Virus record (IMG/VR): IMGVR_UViG_3300048919_000175
Coordinates: 1 to 64,000 of that record
Source of the DNA: a virus
Direction: 5' to 3' (one strand)
Length of the DNA: 64,000 bases
Part shown: piece by piece, positions 47,420 through 58,881 of the stretch
Position numbering within the stretch: position 1 is the first letter of the stretch
Layout of the letters: every line of letters starts with the position of its first letter
The notes under the pieces: generated by a model
What the model saw: only the letters and a program-made list of their open reading frames with translations
The model's database searches: none
Told to the model about the DNA's origin: nothing
Made by a program: the position numbers and the translations under genes

Positions 47420-47709
47420 GAATTAGTAACGCAAGAAAGGCAGGTGATTAATTTTGGTGACACGGTCATATGCTACTCCCATATGACCAAGATGTTCAAG
47501 CCGCTTTGCTAGGCCCGTCGATCTGCGTTGCAACGCCCTTGGTCTCGTTCCTTGGGTAACGTCCGGTCGGCGGGCTTTATCGTTTAACGCCTTATATCTA
47601 CCCAGCGCTTTTGGACAACGCGCGCGACCAGCCCCAGCCCCTGCCGCCCGCCGAGTGCCCGCGCCGCAGCCGCGCCCTCGCGCCACGCGCGCTCGCGAGG
47701 GGCAGAACC

Positions 47710-47860
47710 GCTAAAGTTTTATTAAACATTTATGCACATTTTAATCAATTTTTAATAAAGTTTAACGAAAAATTAAAACAAATTATCATCAAATTTTAAT
47801 TAAATGCCGGATAAATTTTAGATTGATTTTATTAAAAGTTTCATAAAACTGTAATCATCG
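47710..47860. other. Very AT-rich tract, candidate origin/unwinding element
   Basis: Almost pure A/T next to a GC-rich block. Contains TTAA-N7-TTAA at 47741-55 and 47762-76. Confidence 0.4.
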
Positions 47861-48080
47861 CTCTCACGTATATATAGAGTGTAGCGCCGACCGGCTGCCT
47901 TAAGGGCAATAGCCCAAACGGGCTAGGAGGAAAGTTATTTGCTAATGAAAACAATGGCTTAGAGATTTTATTGCGAAAGGCTGCATTTTTCGTTTGCATT
48001 GTCTCGAGGAACGTTTATAAGAGAATTCATCGGCGGCAACCAAGCACGCCGCTTAGTTCAACCCAACTGGAGTAATCGGC

Positions 48081-48992
48081 ATGACCAACACTGAAACCGC
48101 TGCAAACAACGAAGCCAACACCGACGTCGCCAAGACGGAAGTTGTTCCGGCATACTACATGACGTTCGACGGCAAGGAGCTGCGTGCTACCCTCGACCGT
48201 GCTTCGTTCGACGAAAAGTTCCCGGGCGTCGAGCCCATTACGACCCTTCAGGGTATCATCGACAGCGACGCCATTCCGCTCGCCGCCATCGTTGCATCCT
48301 ACAACAAGATTTCGGCCAAGAAGACCAGCGGCTTCAAGGACCGCAAGCTCGGCGCAACGGCGCTGGATGGCGTCCTCCGCGAAGCCGCAAAGCAGATGGC
48401 CAATGCACCGAAGGAAGCTTCGGAAAAGGAAAAGCTGGCCAGCGCCCTCAAGCCGAAGAAGGCTGCCAAGGAAAAGTCCGGCGGCACCAAGTCCGGCGAA
48501 GGTCGCTCGTCCCCGCTCTCCGGCAAGTTCTGGGCGCGGTCCGGCAACGCAATCAAGGGTCGCCGTCTCGACGGCTCTGGCGTCGGTATCAAGGCGTTGC
48601 AGTACATCATCGCAAACCCCGGTTGCTCGACCGAGGACTACATTGCCAACTCCGGCGGCGGTCGCTTCGTTGACCTCCAGTACGATCTGGAATACAGCAA
48701 CATCGTATTCCTGACCGGTGCTACCCCGGAAGAGCGTGCCGCCGAAATCGCCAAGCTCGACGAGGCCCGCGTCGGTGCCGAAGCCAAGGCTCAGGCCGAC
48801 AAGGAAGCCAAGGAAAAGGAAGCCGCCGACAAGAAGGCCAAGGCCGAAGCCGACAAGAAGGCCAAGGCCGAAGCCAAGCAGAAGGAGCTCGCCGACAAGA
48901 AGGCTGCTGCCGACAAGGCCAAGGCCGACGAAAAGGCTGCTGCCGAAGCCAAGACCAAGGCCGAAGCGGAAGCCAAGACCGAAACCAAGTAA
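48081..48992 (+). CDS. Highly expressed protein with Lys/Ala/Glu-rich repeat tail
   Basis: Own promoter (TTGCAT-16-TATAAG), GGAG RBS, ADKKAKAE repeats, terminator. Confidence 0.8.
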   Translation: MTNTETAANNEANTDVAKTEVVPAYYMTFDGKELRATLDRASFDEKFPGVEPITTLQGIIDSDAIPLAAIVASYNKISAKKTSGFKDRKLGATALDGVLREAAKQMANAPKEASEKEKLASALKPKKAAKEKSGGTKSGEGRSSPLSGKFWARSGNAIKGRRLDGSGVGIKALQYIIANPGCSTEDYIANSGGGRFVDLQYDLEYSNIVFLTGATPEERAAEIAKLDEARVGAEAKAQADKEAKEKEAADKKAKAEADKKAKAEAKQKELADKKAAADKAKADEKAAAEAKTKAEAEAKTETK

Positions 48993-49008
48993 TTTCCAGC
49001 TTGCAGGA

Positions 49009-49036
49009 AGGCCCGGTTAACAGCCGGGCTTTTCTT
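49009..49036 (+). terminator. Rho-independent terminator
   Basis: GCCCGG/CCGGGC stem followed by TTTT. Confidence 0.75.
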
Positions 49037-49042
49037 GGCTTG

Positions 49043-49061
49043 TAAAATACCTTGTATTTTA
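49043..49061. promoter_or_regulatory. Palindromic operator, copy 3 (perfect)
   Basis: TAAAATAC-CTT-GTATTTTA. Confidence 0.65.
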
Positions 49062-49092
49062 GTAGGCTGGCGGCAGTCCATAGGAGAGAAAC

Positions 49093-49314
49093 TTGGAAAA
49101 CGAAAAATCGTATAAGATGCTCGGCGTATGCCAAGAGCTCAGCCCTACCGGCGCGGCGCAAGCCGGGTTCGCGCGGATGTACAACGCATTGCGGGCTGAC
49201 GGAATTTCAGAGGACGAGGTAATTAACCAGCTGATTTGTGCGCTGGCAGACGGAAGACTTTACGGCAATTGGCCGGGTGCAGCACAACCGGCCACGGGCA
49301 GCAGCAACAACTAG
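49093..49314 (+). CDS. Hypothetical protein
   Basis: AGGAG RBS with TTG start. Confidence 0.55.
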   Translation: MENEKSYKMLGVCQELSPTGAAQAGFARMYNALRADGISEDEVINQLICALADGRLYGNWPGAAQPATGSSNN

Positions 49315-49447
49315 CCCGACGAGCCGTCCCCGCCCTAGAGACCGCCGTGGAGTGGCTTTAGGGCGGCTGGCTAGGGCAATATACCGGCCAGCCCTTGCCG
49401 CACGCCAGAGGGCAGCTCCGTGGCTTTCTGCACTGCATATGGAATTG

Positions 49448-49519
49448 TTAACTTGTCATTAACCATTCTGCATTTAGTTCCAGAAAGTGGCTTGCATTAT
49501 TGGACCGAACCATTATGTT
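49448..49519 (+). promoter_or_regulatory. CtrA box plus sigma70-like promoter
   Basis: TTAA-CTTGTCA-TTAAC, then TTGCAT-16-TATGTT. Confidence 0.7.
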
Positions 49520-49568
49520 GCTCTCATCGGCAACGGAACTGAGACGGTTCCAAAAAGGAGTAATGAAA

Positions 49569-50543
49569 ATGACAGCAGCAGTTGAAAGCATGGCATACGT
49601 TGGTGCGACCCCGTGGCACGGTCTCGGCGCAAAGCTGGAAGGCATTGTCGGCGTTGACGAAATGACGAAGGCCGCTGGCCTCGACTGGCAGGTTTCGCAG
49701 CATCCAATGTTCTGCCAGATCGGCGACGAGCAGGTTGCGATCCCCAACAAGGTTGCGGTAACACGCGACACCGACAAGAAAATTCTCTCGGTCTCTTCCG
49801 ACGCATGGAAGCCGCTGCAGAACCGCGACCTGATGGAGTTCTTCCGCGAATATGTGGATGCAGGCGCGGCAACGCTGGAAACGGCTGGCTCGCTCCGCGA
49901 CGGGAAGATCATTTGGGGTCTGGCCAACATCAACAAGGGCTTTACCCTGAAAGGCCGCGACAAGGTTGACGGCTATATCCTGCTCAGCAACAGCCACGAG
50001 CCGGGCTCTTCCATCCGCGTCATGACCACGATGGTCCGCGTGGTTTGCCAGAACACGCTGAGCCTTGCTCATAGCCGTGGCAAGGACGAATATCGCCAGT
50101 CGCACGTCAAGGACTTTGACGTAAGCGCCGCAAAGCAGACGATCGAGCTGGCCCGCGAAGCCGTGGACCTGCACAAGGAAGAGGCCATTGCGCTTTCCAA
50201 GCTGGAGCTCAGCGCCTTCGACGCCATGAAGGTACTTGCCAAGCACTTCCAGCCGGAAATGGCCGAGGACGATCTGGACGTGAAACTGCTGATGCAGGTT
50301 CCGGCCGCACAAAGCCCGGTCCTTTCGGACGTGCTGTACTCGGTTGTCTCAGCGCCCGGCGCACTGCCTGAAAGCGCTTGGGGCTTGCTGAACGGCGTGA
50401 CCCACTACTTCGACCACGTTGCCGGTCGTTCGCCGACGCAGCGCCTGATTAATGGCACGTTTGGCAAGAACTCGCAGGTCAAGTTGGACGTGCGCAAGGA
50501 CCTGCTGGAAATGGCAAACTACGACATGGCCCGCGCCGCATGA
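49569..50543 (+). CDS. DUF932-family protein
   Basis: MAYVG.TPWHGLG, LQN, ETAGSL..G, NSH, RVVCQNT, AWGL.N.VT...DH. Confidence 0.88.
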   Translation: MTAAVESMAYVGATPWHGLGAKLEGIVGVDEMTKAAGLDWQVSQHPMFCQIGDEQVAIPNKVAVTRDTDKKILSVSSDAWKPLQNRDLMEFFREYVDAGAATLETAGSLRDGKIIWGLANINKGFTLKGRDKVDGYILLSNSHEPGSSIRVMTTMVRVVCQNTLSLAHSRGKDEYRQSHVKDFDVSAAKQTIELAREAVDLHKEEAIALSKLELSAFDAMKVLAKHFQPEMAEDDLDVKLLMQVPAAQSPVLSDVLYSVVSAPGALPESAWGLLNGVTHYFDHVAGRSPTQRLINGTFGKNSQVKLDVRKDLLEMANYDMARAA

Positions 50544-52612
50544 GCAAGGGTAGATCACATAATCGCAACTCGCGCCGTCTAGCTTTGCTGGCGGCGCGTG
50601 AGGCGTTTTGGAAGCGGGAAGCCGGATACTATCCGCCGGGCAGCACGGGCAAGCCGCCCGTATGGACCCGACTATGGCTCCAGCGGCGCGGCTACCGGCC
50701 ATTGCCGAAGGGCTTCAGATTGCCCAAGAATGGCTCCAGAATGCGTTTCGTGGGCGCTGGCTACCATCCTAGCTTTCCAGCGCTGGAGCCGCCAGAGCAG
50801 CCCGTGAGCCGCCTGCATAGATCGGGCGCTAAACCGCCAGTGATCAAATTCATCGAGGCCCCAATCGACGACCATGTCCTTTGGGTCCGCGAAAAGAAAA
50901 TCGAAGAAATATCAAAGTATTTCTTGGTGCCAGACCATTTACTAGGGAAGTGATATGCTGACGCATTTGCGAATTATATTTCCGATCGAGGCCGATATCC
51001 CCAATCTGTTGCGGTTGGACCGAGACCCCAACTGGCCAATACTTGCGAAAGTCTGGCATAAGTGCCTCCATTGGAATGAAGACGGTGTGCCTAACTACTT
51101 GCCAGACATGGACATCCATGTAGGCGTGGAGCGCAAGCCGGAGACGAGTTTCTTCGGCAAGCTGGAAGTGCCGCCCGCGCAAGGCTTGATCCGTGGCGAA
51201 TATGTGCGGTTTGAGCGTTCGGTCAACGGAACGGCTTGGGGCTGGCTGACCTTTGCGCCGCGCTACGACATGCAAGAAGGCCCGGAGATATGGGCTGGAG
51301 ACTGGCACCAAACGTTGCACGGGGAAGAGCCGGGCAGTGCGCTATTCTGCTATAAACTGGAAATTAACCTTGAGAGCGAATAGCCCTTGCGCACGCTGAT
51401 AGGTCCATTAAAAGGATTATCAGTCAACAAGGAGAACGCAAATGACTGCAGAATTTCTCAAGCGCAAGGCGATGGCCACCATTGCGCTCATGCATCCGGA
51501 AAGCTTCCGCCCTGAACAGGTGGAGCAGGCGGCTTCGTGGGTTCTGGATAACGTGGCCACAAACGAAGACCTGCCGTTGCGCGATGCGGCGGCACGGTTC
51601 TTCGACGACAACGTGGAGCGATTATATGCGTAAGATGGCATGCTTTACGGTCCAGCTGGAGAACGGGCGCACATGGCGCTCCTGCCTCTATGCCGTCGAC
51701 CAAGCTGAGCGGGTGGCGCGACTGTTGCGCCACCTTGCGCCCGGCGCGATCATACAGTACGCGACGGAGGAATTCAACATTTTCAACACGGCTGGCGGGG
51801 TCATTGACGACTTTGGCCGCTGGCGCATGGAGGACGGAAATGCTCAGGGTCCATTGGGTCAAGACTGACGCAGAGGCTAGGGTTTGGGCGCGCGAAAATG
51901 CCGGGCAGTTCATGTCGGCGTTGCGTCACCCCTTGGACAACCACGAGGTTATCCGTGGCATGAAAACCGGACGGTTTACCGCCGTTGCGGTATGCATGAA
52001 CATGGCGACCGGCTGGCGCATTGAGCCGAACGAAGCGGAAGTCACCTTTGCGGACGACTTCCCGGACGATGGCCCATGGCGCATTCAGGCGGCGGCGCGT
52101 GTACAGGTTCCAGTGCAGGGCGTCAGGCTTAACAAGGAGCTGATCCCAAGGCAGGTGGAGGCCCCCGACGATGGAGGCGAATAGGTGCAAACTTTGCAAC
52201 CGCATCTTGGCTACAGAAGAAAGCGCAGGTCTTGCGCGGGACTGTGGCGGCGATTGTTGGGGTTGCATCGGCGAAATTGAGGCAGATATGGGCTATGCCC
52301 CGAGCGTGGCCAAGTACAATCTTGAAGTTGAGCAGGGCTTGCGCCATGGCCCGAAGAAAGGTGTATATGATGGCGGGGAGTAGATGCATATACTTGAACG
52401 TGCCGCCCGACGCCGACGGGGTCAAGCGTGTGCGTTCCAATTGGGCTTACAGGTGCGAATTCCCCGTTCCTGAATACCCATTGCCGGTAAGCGTTACGCG
52501 ATACTACGATTTCAAGTGGCCTCCTATCAAGTCCCAAGTGATAGCGCCCGAGTGCCAGAAATGCCCGTGCTTCACTGCGAAGGCGGAACCCGTCGGGGAT
52601 TGGTTGCTGTGA
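50540..52612 (+). other. Cluster of small early hypothetical ORFs (e.g. 50540-50953, 50955-51383, 51442-51633, 51840-52184, 52171-52383)
   Basis: Coupled ORFs with RBSs, no recognisable domains. Confidence 0.55.
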
Positions 52613-52703
52613 AGCATTAACCATAACCCGAATAGGCTATTGCGCTTCGAAATGGATCGTGTACTGTGAACGCATAAATAAACAAGCGTTCAGGAGAACG
52701 AAC

Positions 52704-53396
52704 ATGAGCAAGGTGAATGTTGAGAAGTTGAAGCGGAAGATCGCTGCCCTCCTTGCGAAGGCGGGCGGCACTGACAATCAGATTGAAGCGGAAGCATTTG
52801 CTGCCAAGGCGCAAGCATTGCTGACCGAGCATCAGCTGGAAATTGGCGACGTGGTCAAGACCGACCCGATCGAGCGGACCGTGATCTTTGTTGGCCCCAA
52901 AACCAAGAAGGACTGGCACGGCCTGCTGCCGAACGCGATCGCCAAATATTACGGCTGCAAGTGCGTTGCGTTCCACGAGCAGGGCATTATTGCTTACACG
53001 GCGGTAGGCCGCGAGAGCGGTCGCGTCATGGCGGCGGAAATGTTCCCGTTCCTGCTGGAGCAGGTACGCCTGAAAGCGCTGGAATACCAGAAAGTTACGC
53101 TGTTCAGCCGCAAGCGTTGCATGAACGACATTGTGCATGCTTTCGTGTTGCGCCTTCAGACCCTGATCAAGGCTCAGGAGACCACGGCGGCGGCAACTGG
53201 CGGGCATAGCCGGGCGCTTGTGCTGGTAGACGAGGCCGAAGCGTGGATGAAGGAACACATTAACGACCTGACGCCCGGCAAACGGACCACGTTGCAAGTC
53301 AACGGGCTTTCGGAAAAGCTGGCGGGCGAAATTTCGCTGGCAGGCCAGATTACCGACGGCGACGACGGCAAGCCGCTGGCCTTGGAACACCATTAA
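52704..53396 (+). CDS. DUF2786-domain protein
   Basis: KIAALLAKA......EAEAFAAKAQALL..H motif. Confidence 0.8.
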   Translation: MSKVNVEKLKRKIAALLAKAGGTDNQIEAEAFAAKAQALLTEHQLEIGDVVKTDPIERTVIFVGPKTKKDWHGLLPNAIAKYYGCKCVAFHEQGIIAYTAVGRESGRVMAAEMFPFLLEQVRLKALEYQKVTLFSRKRCMNDIVHAFVLRLQTLIKAQETTAAATGGHSRALVLVDEAEAWMKEHINDLTPGKRTTLQVNGLSEKLAGEISLAGQITDGDDGKPLALEHH

Positions 53397-53549
53397 CAGA
53401 ATAGGGCAGGTATTCAACTCTCCTGCCCTAACTGCCTTGGGGACTTAGCCCTGACCCCGCAAACCGACCCAAGGCATGGCTTCCGCCCGTGGATGTAACA
53501 AATCATCCTTCCACGGGCGGAAGAGCCGTTTTGCAACCGTGGAGCGAAA

Positions 53550-54203
53550 ATGAGCGATATTGATAAAATTAAGCGCGTGCTAATGGAGCAGCACGGCGCG
53601 GACCAATTCAACAGCTTCGAGTTTGTCGGCGGACCGGGCAATACGCTGGTCAAGTTCGACACCTTGGGCGATTGCTGCATTGCGCTGGTCGACCCCGCTT
53701 GCCGCGTGATTTGGGCGCACTCGCTGGCCTGCCGATATGAGGGAGCCGCCGCGCCGAAAAAGTACATGCATGAGCTGTTCGAGGAAGAAGAGCAACGCAT
53801 GGTTGATGCAGCCCGCGTGCGCCCGGTAACGCTTGGCGAAGTGAAATTCCATCTTGGCTTGCCGCCGAGCAGTAACCCGACGCTTATGGCAGCAGTACAG
53901 AAAGCCACAGAGCAGCCCGTGGAAGCGCTTGCACCTAGCTTGGCTAGTGAGGTACTGGCAGAGGCCTTGGACGCGCTGGACGGCTACAGAAAAGGCGAGC
54001 AGGAGGGGTTCATTACCCCTGAGGCCATGCGGTTGCTGACCGACTGCCACGGCTACGATTTCAAGCTGAACGTGCGCGGTGACGAGGCCCTGTTCTGGCG
54101 CGGCGGCGAGTATATCTGCAAGCTGCCGTATGTCAAAGGTTGCGGGTTTGAAATATCCGTTGCTTCCGAGTTCCTCGACGGAGAGCGCATTGTCGTACAA
54201 TAG
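53550..54203 (+). CDS. Hypothetical protein
   Basis: GGAG RBS, 217 aa. Confidence 0.65.
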   Translation: MSDIDKIKRVLMEQHGADQFNSFEFVGGPGNTLVKFDTLGDCCIALVDPACRVIWAHSLACRYEGAAAPKKYMHELFEEEEQRMVDAARVRPVTLGEVKFHLGLPPSSNPTLMAAVQKATEQPVEALAPSLASEVLAEALDALDGYRKGEQEGFITPEAMRLLTDCHGYDFKLNVRGDEALFWRGGEYICKLPYVKGCGFEISVASEFLDGERIVVQ

Positions 54204-54549
54204 GCGCACTGTACTTGAAAACAACTTGCTGCGCCGCCTTGATAAACTTAAGGCGGCAAAGCTGTTCTTGGACCATTGCTATATCCTCCGACGGCAGGGC
54301 AAGCCGCAACGCATTGTTGAGGCCAAGAACGATATTCTATTCTGGAAGCGGCAGGCGGACAACGCCGCACGCGATTTGCTGAGGGACATCGATAGTGACC
54401 AAAAATCTGCAGGTTCTCGTTAACCGTAATCGCACCGAGCTGAATTTACTGATTGCCCGGCGCGAGGAAATGGATAGGCTGATCCGCGAAAAGGTGGAAC
54501 ACTTGAACCGGCTCAAGGCCCTTGGCTACGAGCGCGGCGAGGAGGCAGT

Positions 54550-56280
54550 ATGACGCTTGCACAATTTCTCAATGCCGAAGCTACCCCGGCGAACATTGCC
54601 GCCATTCTGGCCACGGCTGAGCGCGAAATGGACGTGCTGTACGCGAATGGCGGTCACGTGCTGGATGCAAACCATGTGCCGATTTTCGATCGATCCGACG
54701 TAGAGCTGAGTTGCAGCTACGGCGGCGGCACAACCGTCATGGTTGAATACGGCAGGCGCAAGGCCCGTCGCCGGAGACCATACCGGATTTATTGGGTGGC
54801 TGATGAAGGCCGATGGCACATGGCCAGCGACAACGGCGACCCCGTTGTTATCGCTTACAATCTCTGGTCACTCGTTGACATGGCCCATGGGCACCCACGG
54901 TTTACGGATTAATCAGCCATGATCGAAACAATATTCTGCATTGCATTCTTCTACTGGTTCATCGCTGGCACGTTAACCGGCAGTACCGACCCGCGCGTGC
55001 AAGTGCGCGAGACGATAGAGTGGCTGATGAAGGACCCGAGAGGTAAAGATTAACCATGCCGGGAAAACCGCCAAGAGAAGGCTTGCCAGACACTGGATTT
55101 TCTGGGATACCGGGATGGCTAAGGATTTTCATTTTCGTTGCGGTCTGTGCCACGGGCGGCATAGGCGGCGCGATGATAGCCGGAAAGGTGATACCGACGA
55201 TGAAACCAATTTTGCTGGCATTCGTGCTGCTGCACAACACGCCGACCGGGCAGGACGAGGTCATGCGCCTTGTGGTCCCGGAAGAGCAGTGCTTGCGCAT
55301 GGAAAAGCAAGTATGGGCCATTGATTGGCCCGTGGTAGCCTATCCCCAAGGGATGCAAGCTTTGGGCGAAGATGGCAAGCCGGAAGAGATACCGGTAACG
55401 GATGCGGCGTGCTTGCCCTTGGGGCAGGGACATATCACGAAAGGACCAGTGCAGTGACGATTTTCCAGATGGACGACGGCTGGACCGACCACAGTTCGGA
55501 AGGCCCGTGCCTTGAGAATTACCAGAAGGCCGGTTACACGGTCTTCAAGGGCATTGGCGACAAGGAGACGCGGATTATCACCCCAAAGGAGCGCGAATTT
55601 GCGCGGTGCGGCAGTACGGAAGTCGCGCGGGCCATCGTGGACAGTCTGGTAATTGTGGACGAGCTGGCAAAGACCAAGGGCAAGCCGAAAGTAAGGTTCA
55701 CTGTCGTCAAACAAAGGCAATGGAACCCGCGCGTGTTGCGGCATGACGTTGTAGACAATCAACTGCAGATGGAGGTCTTTCACTGGTATGGTGAGACCGG
55801 CAAAGCCAAGTGCGAGGCAGTCGCCGCCGCGCTAAACGCCTTGGGGCATGAAAGGGATTAGCTATGAAAACCGAATACCATGTTCTTGGGTGGCTAACCA
55901 TTAGGCAGTTCGCAGACGCCATTCGCGGGCTCGGCGATGGCTGGCGGCTCATTGCCCAAGGCAAGACGCCCGGCTCTTCCGGCGATGAGCATTTCGACTG
56001 GCTGCTATGCCGCGAGGAGCCAGAGCCGGTTGAGGCCATTGTCTACGAAATGCGTTTGGAGAACGTGTTCATGCACCATCACGAAAAGGTGGAGCAGCTC
56101 GCGGCGGATGGCTGGCATGTGGTTAGCTCATTGTCCGTTGTAGACAGCGGCAGTCCGCGCCACAACGTCCTGATGCAGCGCCGCAAACCGCCCGGTTGCG
56201 ACCACGACTGGGAAGACGGATTTAGCATGAATGGGCCGACACGGACGTGCCGCAAGTGTGGCAAGTGGGAGAGAGATTGA
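54550..56280 (+). other. Cluster of small hypothetical ORFs (54550-54912, 55200-55457, 55454-55861, 55864-56280)
   Basis: Coupled ORFs ending at a terminator. Confidence 0.55.
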
Positions 56281-56286
56281 CACAGA

Positions 56287-56321
56287 AAAGCCCGGCTCGC
56301 TAGGGATCGAGCCGGGCTTTC
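56287..56321. terminator. Terminator hairpin
   Basis: AAAGCCCGGCTCG/CGAGCCGGGCTTT. Confidence 0.75.
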
Positions 56322-57459
56322 AGCCTATTGGGAGGAGGCCAGTCGCCGTGGAGCGCAAGTGGACCATAGCACGGCCAGCGCGCCGCGCAACAGGATTTGT
56401 TAACCATATTGGTGACTTGCCCTTGCAACCGGGCAGGTAATCAGTATTGTTGATTTCAGTCAACAAGGAGAACGTTATGTCGTACCTAATCAAGCGCCAA
56501 CAGGCCCTTGCCGCAATCCTCAAGGCCCTTGGCCCGCATGCCGAAAATGTTGCTATTGGCATTTCTGTCAATGGCGTTAATGGCGTGGTCCGCAATATGG
56601 GCAAAACCGACTTGCAGGCAATTGCAAACCTTTCTGGCATGCCAGCGCACGTTTACCCCGCCTTGGGGCTTATCGAGTGGCAGGTGGACCCCTAATGGCA
56701 GTCCGCAAAGGCGACCACGTTTACGTGATGGACAAGGGCGCTCGCTATTATGTGACGCGCCAAGGCCGCGTGCACCTGCCGCGCTGCTATACGGATGTCA
56801 CGGCAAAGCTTACCGAACGGGAACGGTTGCGCATACGCTACCGAGCGATGAAGAAGTGGAGCAAAGCATGAACAGTCTGGCATTACTGAACAAGGCCCGG
56901 CAGTTGCGCCGGGCGACCGTTGTCGCGTTTGATTGCGACGGATGCATGGCCCATGACCACAAGCTGAAATGGATTGGCCATGTGGTCAGCGTCGGTCCGG
57001 GACTGGAAGGCGTACATGTGCGCGTCATCAAGGAGCCTGCACGCGGGCCGATGGACGCCCGGGACACCGACCTTGGGACAAAGCGGTTGGCAGTTGAGGA
57101 CACTTCCCTGCAATGGGTCGCGCCCGGCCTTTTCTTCTGGTATAGGTGACCGATGCGCAAATTCTTCGTGCGGCTGCTGGTAGCGGCTAACGTTTTCTCT
57201 GCAGCCGTGGCGGCGCTGCTTATAGCGCTGACGTACCTGCCATGAGTGGGCGTAAGTGGCGTTTGCGCAGTTCTCAGCGCTACCAAACATGGACCGGCTC
57301 GTGGGTCGTGACCGCCTACCATACCGGCGCGGTCGTGTTCCCTTGGGCGCTGGAGCTCAGCTGGAAGAACGAGAAGATTACCGGCTTCCGCACGCTTAAG
57401 GCTGCTCAGACCGAAGGCGCACGGCTGCTGGAAGAAAAGGAATGGGAAGGCGCTGGTCG

Positions 57460-57491
57460 TTAACCGCTTGTTAACAGATTGGCGCTATGGT
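57460..57491 (+). promoter_or_regulatory. CtrA box at the -35 position, class II-like promoter
   Basis: TTAA-CCGCTTG-TTAAC, with TATGGT 11 nt after the second TTAA. Confidence 0.65.
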
Positions 57492-57835
57492 GCGCTCAGT
57501 CAACAAGGAGCAACGCACATGGAAACGGTTATCGTAGTTTACACGGTCGTGGTCGCGCTGGTAGTCGGCGGCGGCATGTGGTTCACGCGCGGGATGAAGC
57601 TGTGAAGCTGGAAGATGTTAAGGACATAGACCTGCTACGGGCAGGGCTGGTTTCTATTGACGAGCTTGAGCATGATGGCGCGGTAATCGCTGCCTTCGAA
57701 TGCGGCTTGATCGCGCCCGTACACGATTGGTCCAAAACCCTTGGGGACTTGGCCGACGAGCCGCCTTACCAGTTCTGCAGGGATTGCGGGACCGTGCGTC
57801 GCAGCCCATGGCCGATGGACCCCAACCAACGGAAA

Positions 57836-57897
57836 TTAAGCGGTCGTTAACCATACGCCGACAAGCCGGTTGCGCCTGTCGTGGAAATCAGTAGAGT
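57836..57897 (+). promoter_or_regulatory. CtrA box plus promoter
   Basis: TTAA-GCGGTCG-TTAAC, then TTGCGC-16-TAGAGT. Confidence 0.7.
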
Positions 57898-58129
57898 GAT
57901 CTCAGGTTAAACGGAGAACACGGCAATGAAGACTTACACCCTTGAAATTTCCTACCTGAACGGCGACATGGCCCGCAGCAGCCAGACCTGCAAGTACCTT
58001 GGCGTGCTGATAAACAACGCCGAGCGCAAGGTTGCGGAAGTTATGCAGTCTAACAGCAAAGCAGCGTTGAAGCGCGAGGCCGCGACCTTTGGCGATTTCG
58101 ACCTGCTGGACAAGGCTTGACGCCGACTA

Positions 58130-58202
58130 TTAACCGGTCGTTAACCATAGCCGAACAGGCCCCAAGTTTGGGGCTTGCATGGCGCGTGGAAATCAGTAGA
58201 GT
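58130..58202 (+). promoter_or_regulatory. CtrA box plus promoter
   Basis: TTAA-CCGGTCG-TTAAC, then TTGCAT-16-TAGAGT. Confidence 0.7.
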
Positions 58203-58808
58203 GAAGTCACCAACAAGGAGTGACGCACATGACCAAGTTTATCGTAGTTCTCATGTTCAAGAACGCCAAGCGCCCGGCTTACGATGCGGGCGTCTATCCG
58301 GCCGTGCACGCCAAGAAGTACGCCGACCGCTACGACAGCCGCGAGGCCGCTGAGCGCGTTGCCAACCGGTGGGAGCGCTCGTGGTTGCAGCCGCGCACGA
58401 CGATTGAAGAGGTAGCCGAGTAATGGAAAAGGTTGTTGCCGCATTTGCCGCCAATCCGGCGCTTGAGACCGCCCTGAGAGTGCACGCGCACTTGGCAAAG
58501 CACCCTATGGCCGAATGCATGGCCACGGACGCTCAGCGGGCTTTGATTTACCGTGCGCGGCTGATCGCCGCTGGCCGAGACCCCAAGGAGGTTATGTAAA
58601 TGTTTAATTTTCGTAGCGCCAAGCATGGCGGCATCTGGTTCCTCTCGTTCGGACGCCTGAATATCTCGTTCAGCGTGACCAGCCGCGCCACCTATGAGCG
58701 CCGCCAAGCCGAGCAGCTGGAGGCCCGCATCGCGGCAATCATGGCGGCTGATCTGGCCGAGGCCCGACGCGTGGACCTGTTTGCGGCCGAGCTGCTGAAA
58801 GCCTGCCG

Positions 58809-58881
58809 TTAACTCGCCGTTAACTATAAGTGGATAAGCGGGTCTGGGAGGGGTTTACCTTCCCGGAGAAATCAGTATTGT
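58809..58881 (+). promoter_or_regulatory. CtrA box plus promoter
   Basis: TTAA-CTCGCCG-TTAAC, then TTTACC-16-TATTGT. Confidence 0.7.
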
